Below are positions 34,298 through 47,900 of a stretch of 64,000 bases of DNA, piece by piece. A model generated the notes under the pieces. It was not told the origin of the DNA. It did not search any database and worked only from the letters and a program-made list of their open reading frames with translations. The DNA is from Clostridia bacterium (GTDB lineage Bacteria > Bacillota > Clostridia > JAAYHZ01): contig JBMNIH010000004.1 in the NCBI GenBank assembly GCA_050950825.1, positions 608,001 through 672,000 of the forward strand, given 5' to 3'. The position numbers and the translations under genes are program-made. How positions within the stretch are numbered: position 1 is the stretch's first letter; each line of letters opens with the position of its first letter.

Positions 34298-36208
34298 ATG
34301 ACTCAAATTTATGCTTCGTCGCCGATCAAATCGAAAAATGTTAAGATTAAAAGTCGGTTTTGGACCGGAATTCGGCATAAGAATAAAACAAAGATACTGC
34401 CGGCCATTTACCGAGTATACGAAGAAACCGGCAGAATCAAATCCTTTAAACACGATTGGAAGGAAGGAGATCCTTACAAGCCCCATATTTTCTGGGATAG
34501 CGATGTGGCCAAGTGGATGGAGACCGCCGCCTATATCCTGGGAGAAGAACAAGACTCGGATACGGAAGAAAAAATGGAAAGGTTGATAGACCTTATTGAG
34601 AAAAACCAAGAGCCTTCCGGTTACTTCAACTCCTACTTTCAAACGGTGGCACCGGATCAAAAATGGAAGAATATCCACGATCACGAATTGTACTGTATCG
34701 GACATTTGCTGGAAGCCGCCGTCGCCTATTACGAATCCACGGGAAAAGATCGCTTTTTAAAGGTTATGGAAAAAAGCGTCGATCATATCATTCAAGTATT
34801 CATGGAAGAAAACAGTGCCGGCTTTCAATACCCCGGTCATGAAGAAATCGAATTGGCTTTGTATAAACTTTATCGGGTTACAGGCAAGGAGAAGTATCGT
34901 AAATTGGCGGAGCACTTCCTGTATCGGCGGGGTAGGCAATACGAGCAGGAGCAGGACGACAACTACCGCCTTCGAGGAATCCAAGAACACCTTCCCGTAG
35001 AAAAGCAAAAGGAGGCCGTCGGACATGCGGTCCGTGCCGCTTATCTTTATACGGCCATGACCGATATGGCAATTTTGAATAACGACGAAGCCTTATGGAA
35101 CACGGTTTCGGAGCTTTGGGAAGATATAACGAATAGAAAAATGTTTGTCACCGGAGGTGTGGGGACCTCATTTTCAGGGGAAGCCTACACCTACCCTTAC
35201 GATCTTCCGAACGAGTACGGATACACGGAAACATGCGCTTCCATCGGTTTAATATTCATGGCGGCGCGAATGATGCGGTACGATTTGAACGCAGAATATG
35301 CCGATGTTGTGGAAAGAGCGTTGTACAATACGGTGTTAGGATGTGTTTCCGAGGAAGGAAACGAGTTTTTCTACAGCAATCCCCTTGAAGTAGACCCTGC
35401 GCTGGATGGATACTTAAAAACCCTAAAAAAGTACAACATGGCTAACCGAGAAAGGATTATTCCCTCTACAACCCGAAGAAAAGACCTAGGCTGCATGTGT
35501 TGTCCCGCTAACGTTACTCGGCTATTGGCTTCCATCGGCGAGTATATTGCTTCGGAATCCGACGATAGCATTGCGATACATATGCCCGTTGGCTGTAATA
35601 TGAACGTAGACGAAGGGGTTTTGTCCGTTGATTCCGATTATCCGATAAAATCCGATTTTACCCTTCGTTTGCAATTGAACAAGCTCTTTAGAAGAAAACT
35701 CTATATTCGAATTCCCTCCTGGTGCAAATTATCGAAGGTCACCGTAAACGGTGAAAAATACCCCTTCGAACGGCATAAATTAAACGGTTATCTTGTTTTC
35801 GAACAAGGCTTTGACCGCGATACGGTTATTAGAATCGAATCGGAAATGAAGCCGATGCTCGTAAAATGCCATCCTGCCGTAAAGGATGCGGCGGGGAAGA
35901 CGGCCGTACAAAGAGGACCCTTCGTTTACTGCTTGGAAGAGAAGGACAACGGTCCCATGCTGTACAACGCCTATATTGACAAAACGACCGTATTTGAAGA
36001 GATTTTCGATGAGCCGATTTCGGAACCTGTTCCGGTGTTGAAATGCAAGGGCAAAACGATGAAACAAAAGGATAACCGATTGTATTTTACGGATGATTAC
36101 GAATATGTAGACAGAGATTTGACCTTCATTCCCTTTTACGCTCGATTGAACCGAGGTATAGGGGAAATGATTGTTTGGGTTAACGAGTTTAATAAATTTA
36201 TTAAATAA
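34298..36208 (+). CDS. GH127 beta-L-arabinofuranosidase-like glycoside hydrolase
   Basis: FWDSDVAKW, HELYCIGH, GHEEIELAL, GHAVRA, ETCASIG, CMCCPAN, RGPFVYC. ATG at 34298 follows SD AAGGAGG. Confidence 0.9.
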   Translation: MTQIYASSPIKSKNVKIKSRFWTGIRHKNKTKILPAIYRVYEETGRIKSFKHDWKEGDPYKPHIFWDSDVAKWMETAAYILGEEQDSDTEEKMERLIDLIEKNQEPSGYFNSYFQTVAPDQKWKNIHDHELYCIGHLLEAAVAYYESTGKDRFLKVMEKSVDHIIQVFMEENSAGFQYPGHEEIELALYKLYRVTGKEKYRKLAEHFLYRRGRQYEQEQDDNYRLRGIQEHLPVEKQKEAVGHAVRAAYLYTAMTDMAILNNDEALWNTVSELWEDITNRKMFVTGGVGTSFSGEAYTYPYDLPNEYGYTETCASIGLIFMAARMMRYDLNAEYADVVERALYNTVLGCVSEEGNEFFYSNPLEVDPALDGYLKTLKKYNMANRERIIPSTTRRKDLGCMCCPANVTRLLASIGEYIASESDDSIAIHMPVGCNMNVDEGVLSVDSDYPIKSDFTLRLQLNKLFRRKLYIRIPSWCKLSKVTVNGEKYPFERHKLNGYLVFEQGFDRDTVIRIESEMKPMLVKCHPAVKDAAGKTAVQRGPFVYCLEEKDNGPMLYNAYIDKTTVFEEIFDEPISEPVPVLKCKGKTMKQKDNRLYFTDDYEYVDRDLTFIPFYARLNRGIGEMIVWVNEFNKFIK

Positions 36209-36222
36209 AGAGGGTAAAGGGT

Positions 36223-38212
<1,990 letters not shown>

Positions 38213-38277
38213 GTAGGAAAATATGAGAAAGGAAAGTATGAACGTTAAGTTTTTCGATTCATACGAGGGAGATTGAG

Positions 38278-39471
38278 ATGCTTGTTTTAGTTATTAATTC
38301 CGGAAGTTCTTCTTTAAAATATCAATTAATCGATATGGATACGGAAAAGGTCTTGGCAAAAGGCAACTGTGAGCGTATCGGCTTGGATAAGCCTTTTATC
38401 AAGCACACGAAAAACGATAGTCCCCAAGTCATCATCGAGACGGATTTAAGCGACCATACAAAAGCCATGGGTGCCGTCATTTCCATATTGACCGGCAAAG
38501 AACACGGTGTTATAACCGACATGAATCAAATATCCGTGGTCGGCCACCGCGTGGTACACGGCGGAGAACGCTTTACCCGGTCCGTGATTATCGACGAAGA
38601 GGTTATCAAGCAAATCGAAGCTTGTTACGATATCGCCCCCTTGCACAATCCTCCGGGAATCGCCGGAATCAAGGCTTGTAAAACCATTATGCCGAATACG
38701 CCGATGGTTGCGGTATTCGACACGGCCTTCCACCAGACGGTACCGAAGCATGCCTATTTGTATGCCCTGCCTTATGAAATATATGAAACCTATCGAATCC
38801 GTAAATACGGTTTTCACGGAACGTCTCATAGATACGTGGCCGAAAGAGCCGCGCAATTAATGGGCAGAAACATCGAGGAGCTGAATATCGTTACTTGTCA
38901 CTTGGGTAACGGATCCAGCATCTGTGCCGTAAAAGGCGGCAAATCCATCGATACCACCATGGGATTTACGCCCTTGGCCGGCTTGGTAATGGGAACAAGA
39001 TGCGGTGACATCGACCCGGCTATCGTTACCTTTATCATGAAGAAAATGAACATGACGGCGGATGAAGCGGACGATTACATGAACAAACATTCCGGAATGT
39101 TAGGAATTACCGGTATCAGCAGCGATTTTCGCGATATTTTGAAAGCGGAAGAGGAAGGAAACGATAGAGCGAGAATTGCCCTTGATATGTTCTGCTATCG
39201 TGTTCAAAACTATATCGCTCAGTACGCAGGCGTAATGGGCGGCCTCGATGCCGTCGTATTTACGGCCGGTGTAGGCGAAAACAATCCTTTCATTCGCACT
39301 CGTTCTACGGCAAACTTGAAATTTTTGGGTATTGATATCGATGAAGCGAAGAACAATACGAAAGCCGCTGAAATCGACATCTCGACGGAAACAGCCAAGG
39401 TTCGAACCTTTGTCATCGCTACCAACGAAGAATTGGCCATTGCAAGAGAATGCAAGTCTTTATTGTCTTAA
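38278..39471 (+). CDS. ackA: Acetate kinase
   Basis: [49 protein letters not shown]. Confidence 0.97.
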   Translation: MLVLVINSGSSSLKYQLIDMDTEKVLAKGNCERIGLDKPFIKHTKNDSPQVIIETDLSDHTKAMGAVISILTGKEHGVITDMNQISVVGHRVVHGGERFTRSVIIDEEVIKQIEACYDIAPLHNPPGIAGIKACKTIMPNTPMVAVFDTAFHQTVPKHAYLYALPYEIYETYRIRKYGFHGTSHRYVAERAAQLMGRNIEELNIVTCHLGNGSSICAVKGGKSIDTTMGFTPLAGLVMGTRCGDIDPAIVTFIMKKMNMTADEADDYMNKHSGMLGITGISSDFRDILKAEEEGNDRARIALDMFCYRVQNYIAQYAGVMGGLDAVVFTAGVGENNPFIRTRSTANLKFLGIDIDEAKNNTKAAEIDISTETAKVRTFVIATNEELAIARECKSLLS

Positions 39472-39486
39472 CACAACAAAATCCAT

Positions 39487-39519
39487 AGAGGGACAGGTTA
39501 AATCCCTGTCTCTTTTTTT
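39487..39519 (+). terminator. Intrinsic terminator of pta-ackA
   Basis: AGAGGGACAGG-loop-CCTGTCTCT followed by a T run. Confidence 0.75.
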
Positions 39520-39743
39520 ATGCTTTCAAAAGTCCTTCTGATTCCAAAAACAGGCATTGCTTGATTTCGATTCTTTGGAATGTATATAATAGAACAATAT
39601 GAAAAAGACAAAAGTAAAACCGATCGGGTTTTTCGTTTTGTATAATTTGATACCAAATTGTCTATGATGAAGGTAGCGGATTTGCTATAATAAACCATAG
39701 AATATGACGGAAATATCGGTGTGGAAGGTTATTGTGGAGAAGG

Positions 39744-40487
39744 ATGAGCAGCTTTTTTTTGAGGAAAAACAGAACAATAAAGACAGAGCATTTACCGGAT
39801 CATATCGCATTTATAATGGACGGCAACGGCCGTTGGGCAAGAAGAAGAGGTCTTCCGAGAAGCGTAGGCCATCGGGAAGGCTCCTATACTTTAAGGCGTA
39901 TAGCCAAGGAGTGCAGTAAAATAGGCATAAAATATTTATCGGTTTTTGCTTTGTCTACGGAAAACTGGTCTCGACCGAAGGAAGAAATCAACGGCCTGTT
40001 GGATTTGCTGCGGGAATTTGTGAAGTCTGCCGATAAAGAAATCGCGGAGAACAATATTCGCATCCGATTTGCCATGTCAAAAGACCGATTGCCGGAAGAC
40101 ATTTTGCAGGAAATCGACCGTCTTGTGGAAAAAACGAAGAATATCGAAGGTATGCAATTAATCATTGCCTTGAATTACGGTGGTAAAGACGAAATTTTAA
40201 ACGCTGCGAAAGGAATCGCGCGGGATGTGGCGGCGAAAAAAATAAGGGAAGAAGACATCGACCAAGATCTGTTTCGTAATTATTTATATCTTCCCGATGT
40301 GCCGGACCCGGATTTGATTATAAGGCCGTCCGGAGAGAAAAGAATCAGTAATTTCTATTTGTGGCAGGCGGCTTATTCCGAATTCTGGTATTCCGATGTT
40401 CTTTGGCCGGATTTTAATAAAAAACATCTGTACAAGGCATTGGAGGATTATAAAAGAAGAGAAAGAAGATATGGAGGAATTAAATGA
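39744..40487 (+). CDS. uppS: Undecaprenyl diphosphate synthase
   Basis: HIAFIMDGNGRWA, STENWSRP, NYGG, IRPSGEKRISNF, RRYGG. Confidence 0.96.
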   Translation: MSSFFLRKNRTIKTEHLPDHIAFIMDGNGRWARRRGLPRSVGHREGSYTLRRIAKECSKIGIKYLSVFALSTENWSRPKEEINGLLDLLREFVKSADKEIAENNIRIRFAMSKDRLPEDILQEIDRLVEKTKNIEGMQLIIALNYGGKDEILNAAKGIARDVAAKKIREEDIDQDLFRNYLYLPDVPDPDLIIRPSGEKRISNFYLWQAAYSEFWYSDVLWPDFNKKHLYKALEDYKRRERRYGGIK

Positions 40488-41305
40488 AAGTCAGAATCAT
40501 TAGTTCGTTGGTTGCAAGCGCTCTGTTGTTTTTTGTCATGTTCATGCCTCTGTGGGTGTTTTTGATCGCATTGACTTGTGTTGCCGTGATCGCCGTTTTG
40601 GAATACATGGGCTCCGTCCGATTAAAGGGATACAATGTTTCCCTGTGGCCGATCACCGTTTCCGCAGGACTTGCCGTACCGCTGTGGATCTGTTTGCTAT
40701 ACCTTGTACATAGGATCGGTATAAGCAGTGAAGCATTGATTCTCATATGGGTGATCATAACGTTTTTGGCTTCCGCCGCAACATGCATATTTACGAATAT
40801 GAAATACACATTTAGCGATATGGCCATAACGGTATTCGGCTTATTATACGTTCTCTTGCCGTTAACCCTTTTGGTACGGATCCGAAGCGAACAGCATGGC
40901 TTTTACCTGATCTGGCTGGTTTTTTTAGGAGCATGGGTAACGGATATTTCGGCCTATTTTGCGGGAACCTTTTTCGGACAGCATAAATTGATTCCCGCGA
41001 TCAGCTCCAAAAAAACCGTAGAAGGCTTTATCGGGGGAATATTGGGTTGCATGCTTGCCATTGTCATTTACGGTATGTGGATGCAGACAAAGAATGTTTG
41101 GATTCCTTGGTATTCCTATGTATTCTTAGGTGCCGTATTGGGATTTGTTTCCCAATCGGGAGATTGGTTTGCATCCTGCATTAAGCGGTATTTGGAAATT
41201 AAGGATTTCGGAAAAATCATGCCCGGACACGGCGGCGTTTTGGACCGATTTGACAGCATCCTTTTTGCCGCGCCTTTCGTCTATATCTTTATATTACTAT
41301 TTTAA
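40484..41305 (+). CDS. cdsA: Phosphatidate cytidylyltransferase
   Basis: DISAYFAG, SSKKTVEG, IKDFGKIMPGHGGVLDRFDS. Confidence 0.95.
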   Translation: MKVRIISSLVASALLFFVMFMPLWVFLIALTCVAVIAVLEYMGSVRLKGYNVSLWPITVSAGLAVPLWICLLYLVHRIGISSEALILIWVIITFLASAATCIFTNMKYTFSDMAITVFGLLYVLLPLTLLVRIRSEQHGFYLIWLVFLGAWVTDISAYFAGTFFGQHKLIPAISSKKTVEGFIGGILGCMLAIVIYGMWMQTKNVWIPWYSYVFLGAVLGFVSQSGDWFASCIKRYLEIKDFGKIMPGHGGVLDRFDSILFAAPFVYIFILLF

Positions 41306-41318
41306 TCGAGGTGAAATT

Positions 41319-42488
41319 TTGATCGAATACATTTCCATACTCGGTTCCACCGGCTCCATCGGAACACAAACCCTGGAAGTGGCCGAATCCTTAGGTATTA
41401 AAATCGTCGGCTTGGCGGCTTTAAAAAACGTTTCTTTGATGGAGGAGCAAGCGCGAAGGTTCAAACCGGAATATGTGGCTTTGCATGACGAAGAAAAAGC
41501 AAAGGAATTGAAATTACGTTTGGCGGATACATCCGTTAAGGTAGACGGGGGCTTAGAAGGGGTTTGCCGGGTGGCGGCTTTGGAAAAAAGCCATAGGGTC
41601 GTAGCCGGTATTGTGGGTATCGACGGACTATTGCCTACGGTATCCGCTATCGAAGCCGGTAAAGACATTTGCTTAGCCAACAAGGAAACCTTGGTAACCG
41701 CAGGCGATATGATTATACCTTGGGCGAAACAAAGGAATATTTCCATTTTACCGGTGGACAGCGAGCATTCGGCCATATTTCAAAGTATGGAATCCGGAAA
41801 ACCGAAAGAGGTAAAAAGAATCATTTTAACGGCTTCCGGCGGTGCTTTTCTGGGAAAGAAAAAATCCGAACTGGAGAATGTTACGGTATCTCAAGCTTTG
41901 GCACATCCCAATTGGGATATGGGTTCAAAAATTACGGTGGACAGCGCTACGTTAATGAATAAAGGCTTTGAAGTCATTGAAGCCATGTTTTTGTTCGGTA
42001 CGAATCCGGAGAATATACAAACGGTGATTCATCCCCAAAGCATCATTCATTCGGCTGTGGAATTTACGGACGGATCCGTTATCGCCCAAATGGGCTTGCC
42101 GGATATGCGCTTACCCATCCAATATGCGTTGACTTGGCCGGATCGATTGGTAGGTCCGTACCGAGGGATGAATTTTTTTGATTTACCGCCTTTAACGTTT
42201 CAAAAGCCGGATTATGAAACCTTCGGATGCTTGAAGCTTGCTTACCAAGCATGCACCGATCAAAAAAATATGAGGATTGTATTGAATTCGGCAAACGATA
42301 TGGCGGTAGAAGCCTTCATCAAGGGTCGTATCGGTTTTTTAGATATCTACAGGGTCATACGAACCGTTATCGACGGATTCCCGAAGTATAAACCGAAGTC
42401 CATAGAAGAAATCGTGGAAACGGTCCGGCACTGCCGAGAGTACACCGAGGAATGCATCCGGGAGGGCATTTATAGAAACATAATGTGA
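41319..42488 (+). CDS. dxr: 1-deoxy-D-xylulose-5-phosphate reductoisomerase
   Basis: LGSTGSIG, LANKE, PVDSEH, HPNWDMGSKITVDSA. TTG start at 41319 follows SD GAGGTG. Confidence 0.96.
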   Translation: MIEYISILGSTGSIGTQTLEVAESLGIKIVGLAALKNVSLMEEQARRFKPEYVALHDEEKAKELKLRLADTSVKVDGGLEGVCRVAALEKSHRVVAGIVGIDGLLPTVSAIEAGKDICLANKETLVTAGDMIIPWAKQRNISILPVDSEHSAIFQSMESGKPKEVKRIILTASGGAFLGKKKSELENVTVSQALAHPNWDMGSKITVDSATLMNKGFEVIEAMFLFGTNPENIQTVIHPQSIIHSAVEFTDGSVIAQMGLPDMRLPIQYALTWPDRLVGPYRGMNFFDLPPLTFQKPDYETFGCLKLAYQACTDQKNMRIVLNSANDMAVEAFIKGRIGFLDIYRVIRTVIDGFPKYKPKSIEEIVETVRHCREYTEECIREGIYRNIM

Positions 42489-42585
42489 TGAGGAATCGTA
42501 TTTTCACAAACGACGCATGATACATACGATTTGAGCATAAGCTTCAATAGTAAAGGTATGTAAATCTTTTATTCGGGAGGAATCC

Positions 42586-43875
42586 ATGCAAATATTAATC
42601 GGTTTGATTGCCATCAGCGTAATCATGCTTATACACGAATTAGGCCATTTTATAGCCGCGAAGGCTTGTAATATAAAGGTTCGCGAATTTTCCATTTTTA
42701 TGGGACCGAAGCTTTTTCAATTTAAAAGGGGAGAGACCTTATACACCTTTCGATTAATTCCTATGGGTGCTTTTGTAGCTATGGAAGGAGAAGAGGAAGA
42801 TTCCAAGGATGAGAGGGCTTATTGCAACAAACCGGTATGGCAAAGAGCCATTGTGGCCTTTGCCGGCTCCTTTGCCAATATAACCGTCGCCCTTTTAATT
42901 TTTACGCTCATATTCTTTTCCACCGGCTATGTCACGAACGAAATCGGATTGGTAGAAGAGAATTCCGGTGCTTATCAAGCGGGACTTCAAGAAGGCGATA
43001 TTATTAAAGAATACAACGGAAAAAAGATTCGCCACGCTCTCGACCTAAATGTTTACATGTATGCTTTAAACGACAAACCGATTACCGTTTTGTACGAGCG
43101 GGACGGTCAGAAATATACCGCCTCTTTTAAAGCGGTATATTATCCCGAATCCAAACGGTATTTGCTGGGATTTGTACCTCTTGCCGAAAGCGGACCCGAC
43201 TCGAACGTTGTTGGCAGCGTCAACACCGATACCGATGCAAGAAGGTCCGGCTTGCTAAGCGGTGACCGTATTATCGAGATTAACGGTAATATCATCAAAA
43301 GCCGACAGGACATTGCGGCGGTGATGGAAAAATTCCAAGGCGGCGAAACGGAGGTCAAGGTGGAAAGAGAAGGCAAAATTGTCACCTTGTACATCAAACC
43401 GTATTTGGAATCCGTTCCCGAGATGTATCTTCCCGGCTTTTATTTCAAATCCGCCAAGGGAGGATTTTTCCGAACCATCGGCAACGCTTGGCGTTATACG
43501 TTTTCCAACGTCCGAAGCGTCTATTTGTCTTTAGGATGGTTGATTTCGGGAAAGGTTTCTTTGAAAAACATGATGGGGCCTGTAGGGATCATCTCCACCA
43601 TCGGCTCGGTAACAAAGCAGCCTACGGTACGTATTGCGCTGCAGTCCTTATTAAACGTTATCGCCGTCATCAGCGTCAATTTAGGCGTGATGAACCTTCT
43701 GCCTATCCCGGCTTTGGACGGAAGCAAGCTTATTATTCTCTTTATCGAACGGCTGAGGAGAAAGCCCATTCCGCCGGAAAGAGAAGCCATGATTTCTTTG
43801 ATCGGCTTCGTGCTGCTGATATCCCTGATGGTCTTTACGGTGTATAACGATATAATACGTTTGTTGGGCAATTGA
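42586..43875 (+). CDS. rseP: RIP metalloprotease RseP (M50) with two PDZ domains
   Basis: HELGH, NLLPIPALDG and two PDZ-like repeats. Confidence 0.94.
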   Translation: MQILIGLIAISVIMLIHELGHFIAAKACNIKVREFSIFMGPKLFQFKRGETLYTFRLIPMGAFVAMEGEEEDSKDERAYCNKPVWQRAIVAFAGSFANITVALLIFTLIFFSTGYVTNEIGLVEENSGAYQAGLQEGDIIKEYNGKKIRHALDLNVYMYALNDKPITVLYERDGQKYTASFKAVYYPESKRYLLGFVPLAESGPDSNVVGSVNTDTDARRSGLLSGDRIIEINGNIIKSRQDIAAVMEKFQGGETEVKVEREGKIVTLYIKPYLESVPEMYLPGFYFKSAKGGFFRTIGNAWRYTFSNVRSVYLSLGWLISGKVSLKNMMGPVGIISTIGSVTKQPTVRIALQSLLNVIAVISVNLGVMNLLPIPALDGSKLIILFIERLRRKPIPPEREAMISLIGFVLLISLMVFTVYNDIIRLLGN

Positions 43876-43896
43876 CAAAGATCCCAAAAGTCTTAG

Positions 43897-44973
43897 GTGC
43901 GAAAAATGATTGAAAGAAAGATAAAAAAGGTTATAAAAATCGGGAAGGAACGAATCGGAGGAAGCCATCCTGTTTTGATTCAATCCATGACCAATACGGA
44001 TACGAAAGACATAGCGGCTACCGTATCGCAAATACGGGAATTGGAAGCGGCAGGATGCAAAGCCGTAAGAATTGCGGTGCCGGATCAAGAAAGCGCGGAT
44101 GCTTTCGGAGAAATCAAAAAACAAGTAGACATCCCCTTGATAGCCGATATTCATTTTGATTATCGTTTGGCCATAAGCGCCATAAAAAACGGAGCGGATA
44201 AAATCCGCATCAACCCCGGAAATATCGGCGGGGAGGAAAAAGTCAAAAGGATTGCGGATACGGCAGGCCAATACGGGATTCCTATAAGGATCGGCGTCAA
44301 CTCCGGTTCGTTGGAAAAGGATTTGCTGAAAAAATACGGTCACGTAACCGCGGAGGCTTTGGTCGAATCGTTAGGCAGATACGTGACCATGATGGAAGGC
44401 TTGGGCTTTTTCGATCTGGTTTTGTCCATTAAAGCGTCGGATGTGGTTATGAATAAAAAAGCCAATGAGTATGCATCGGCGCAATTTGAGTACCCTCTTC
44501 ATCTGGGCGTTACGGAAGCCGGAACGTTTTTATCCGCCTCCGTCAAATCGGCGGTGGGAATCGGCTCGTTGCTTTTGCAGGGTATCGGAGACACCATACG
44601 AGTGTCCATCGCAGGAAATCCGGTTCGGGAAATCGAAGTGGCCAAAGAAATATTAAATGCCTGCGGATTCATGGAGTCCGGCTTGGATATTGTAGCTTGT
44701 CCTACCTGTGCAAGAACCAATATCAACGTAGAGGAGATTGCCGATTATTTAAAACAACGAAGCTACGACACGAAAAGAAAAATCAAAGTGGCGGTGATGG
44801 GCTGCGAGGTTAACGGACCGGGAGAGGCGAAAGAAGCGGATATCGGCATTGCGGGAGGAAAGAAGGACGCTCTTTTGTTTTTTAAAGGAAAGCCGGCTTT
44901 TAAAGTGGAATATGATAAAATAAAAGAGGTTTTAGACAGAGAGATATTAAAATTGATAGATCAAGGGGATTGA
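43897..44973 (+). CDS. ispG: 4-hydroxy-3-methylbut-2-en-1-yl diphosphate synthase
   Basis: QSMTNTDT, ADIHF, RINPGN, HLGVTEAG, CPTCAR, MGCEVNGPGEA. Confidence 0.96.
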   Translation: MRKMIERKIKKVIKIGKERIGGSHPVLIQSMTNTDTKDIAATVSQIRELEAAGCKAVRIAVPDQESADAFGEIKKQVDIPLIADIHFDYRLAISAIKNGADKIRINPGNIGGEEKVKRIADTAGQYGIPIRIGVNSGSLEKDLLKKYGHVTAEALVESLGRYVTMMEGLGFFDLVLSIKASDVVMNKKANEYASAQFEYPLHLGVTEAGTFLSASVKSAVGIGSLLLQGIGDTIRVSIAGNPVREIEVAKEILNACGFMESGLDIVACPTCARTNINVEEIADYLKQRSYDTKRKIKVAVMGCEVNGPGEAKEADIGIAGGKKDALLFFKGKPAFKVEYDKIKEVLDREILKLIDQGD

Positions 44974-44974
44974 A

Positions 44975-47900
44975 GTGAAGGATAAAATCGCCGTAAGTAA
45001 ATTCTTAGGACTTGAAAAGGAAACAAAGGACATCGAAGGCATTTATATTCACAACATTACGGTAGAATCGAAAACCGATTCCGTCACGCTCTTTCTGTAT
45101 TCCGATCGATGGATCTGTTGTGAGGTAACCGAATTCGTAAAAAAACAAACCTGTAAAAAGTTTAACCTGGAGCATGTAAACGTTGCGTGTATATATCCCG
45201 AGGAGCTTGATTTGGAGACGGTTATCCAAGAAGATCTTAACGGAATATTACATATACTGGAAAAAGAATGCCCCTCCGTATGCAATATCGTAAAGGACTG
45301 CCAATGGTCCGGAGAAGGGAATACGCTCCGCTTGGATCTCAGGGGCTTAAACGGTTCTTGCTGCAGTTTTCTTAAAATCCGTCAATTCGATAAAATTATA
45401 AAAGATTTTTTTGAACGTCGGTACCGAATAACACCCGTCTTGGAAATTTGTTGGCCGGAGGATACGGACACCGAGGATTGCGATATCGAGTTTGAAAGCT
45501 TAAAAGAGGAAATTCGAAAGCAGGAAGAATTGATTCCTGTCATAGAGCCTGCTCCCAAGGCCGGAAAACCGGCATCAGGCGGCGAATCGCCCACGGACAA
45601 CGCAAACGAAAGCAAAAAACCGAAAAAAGGCCGCGGTCGAAACCGAACCGACGAAGGTATGATTTACGGAAAAACCATTACCGAAGGTCCCGTGCCTATC
45701 GAAACGCTGACTCCGGTTACGGGAACATGCGTAATCAAAGGAGACGTAATCGCTTACGAAAGCGTTACGTTGAAAAGCGGTGACAAGTGTATTATTAAGT
45801 TTGACATTACCGACTACACCGATTCCGTAACTTGCAAACTCTTTGCCGACGTAAACGACGAGCCCTATTTCAAAGAATCTTTAAAAGGGCAGACCGTTTG
45901 CGTGAAAGGAAGCGCTCTTTACGATACCTTCGATCGGGATTTGTGTGTCAACGTATACAGCATTGCTCCCGCCGAAAAAGAAAAAGAAATCACCGATAAC
46001 AGTCCGGTCAAGAGAGTGGAGCTTCATGCCCATACGAAGATGAGCTCCATGGACGGCGTATGCAGCACTTCCGATTTGGTCAAGTTGGCAATTCGATATG
46101 GACACAAGGCGGTTGCCATTACCGACCACGGTGTGGTACAAGCTTTCCCGGAAGCGATGAACACCAAAGAAAATGCAAAGTCCGATATTAAAATTATATA
46201 CGGCGTGGAAGCGTACCTAACCGACAGCGTTCAAGACGTGGTAAACGGTGAAAGCTACCACTGTATCGTTTTGGTTCAAAATCAGACCGGTCTGAAGAAT
46301 TTATACAAATTAATATCCATGTCCCATTTGGACTATTTTTACAAGCATCCCAAAATGCCTCGGGAGGTATTGCAGAAGTATCGGGAAGGGTTGATCCTAG
46401 GAAGCGCATGCGAAGCCGGTGAATTGTACCAAGCGATCCTTGCGAAAAAAAGTCCCGAGGAAATCCGCAAAATCGTCGACTTTTACGACTACCTTGAAAT
46501 CCAGCCCAACGGGAACAACATGTTCATGGTACGAAACGGCCTGTTACACTCGGTGCAGGATATCGAGGACATCAATCGATACATTGTTTCTTTAGCCAAA
46601 GAAGCGGGCAAACCGGTGGTTGCAACCTGCGACGTTCACTTTTTAAGGGAGAAAGACAGCGTATTCCGAAAACTGCTGATGGCGGGACAAGGATACAGCG
46701 ATGCGGAATTCCAAGCACCGTTGTATTTTCGTACCACCGAAGAAATGCTGGCGGAGTTTCAATATTTAGGAGCGGATACGGCTTACGAAGTGGTGGTAAC
46801 CAACACCAATCAAATTGCCGAACGTATCGAAAACTTACGGCCCGTCCCGAAGGGAACCTATACCCCGGAAATAGAAGGCGCGGAAGAGGAGTTGGAAAAC
46901 TCCTGTATGGAAAAAGCGAAGGAAATCTACGGGGATCCTCTGCCCGAAATTGTATCCGATCGGTTAAAAAGAGAACTGAAAGCGATTATCGGAAACGGAT
47001 TTGCCGTCATGTACATCATTGCACGAAAATTGGTGTTAAAGTCCGTGGCGGACGGATATATCGTTGGCTCTCGAGGATCGGTAGGATCATCCTTTGCGGC
47101 TCATATGTGCGGCATTACGGAGGTAAACGCCCTTCCACCTCATTATGTGTGCAGAAAGTGCAAGCATTCCGAATTTATCTTGGACGGATCCTACGACTGC
47201 GGTCACGATATGCCGGATAAGGTTTGCCCGAAATGCGGAAGCCTTTATGCAAAAGACGGATTTGACATACCTTTTGAAACGTTCCTGGGCTTTAACGGAG
47301 AAAAAGCGCCGGATATCGACTTAAACTTTGCCGGGGAGTACCAGCCCGTAGCCCATAAGTACACGGAAGAGCTGTTCGGCGAGGGATATACATATCGAGC
47401 GGGAACCATCGGTACCTTAGCGGAAAAAACCGCCATGGGTTTCGTGAAAGGCTATTTTGATGAAAAAGGGATTCCTTTGAAAAAGGCGGAAATGAATCGT
47501 TTGATTGCCGGATGTACGGGCGTCAAAAGAACAACCGGGCAGCATCCCGGAGGGATTGTGGTTATCCCGAAAAAATATGAAGTGTATGATTTTTGTCCGA
47601 TTCAGCACCCGGCGGATGCAAAAGAAAGCGATATTATCACTACCCATTTTGACTTCCATTCCATCTCGGATACCATTTTGAAGCTGGATATTTTGGGTCA
47701 TGACGATCCGACCACCATCAAAATGCTCGAGGATTTGACCGGCATAAAAGCGACGGATATTCCTCTTCATGACGATAAAGTACTGTCCCTTTTTACGAGT
47801 ACGGAAGCTTTGGGAGTTCGGCCGGAGGATATTGACAGCACTACGGGAACGTTGGGGCTGCCGGAAACCGGTACGGATTTTGTGCGAGGCGTATTGATCG

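Noticed and set aside
39704-39919. 71-aa ORF overlapping the uppS start
   Set aside because: Out-of-frame overlap with conserved uppS, no SD and no recognisable features.
41130-41318. N-terminal extension of Dxr overlapping cdsA
   Set aside because: Longest-ORF artefact. TTG 41319 has an SD and matches the normal Dxr start.
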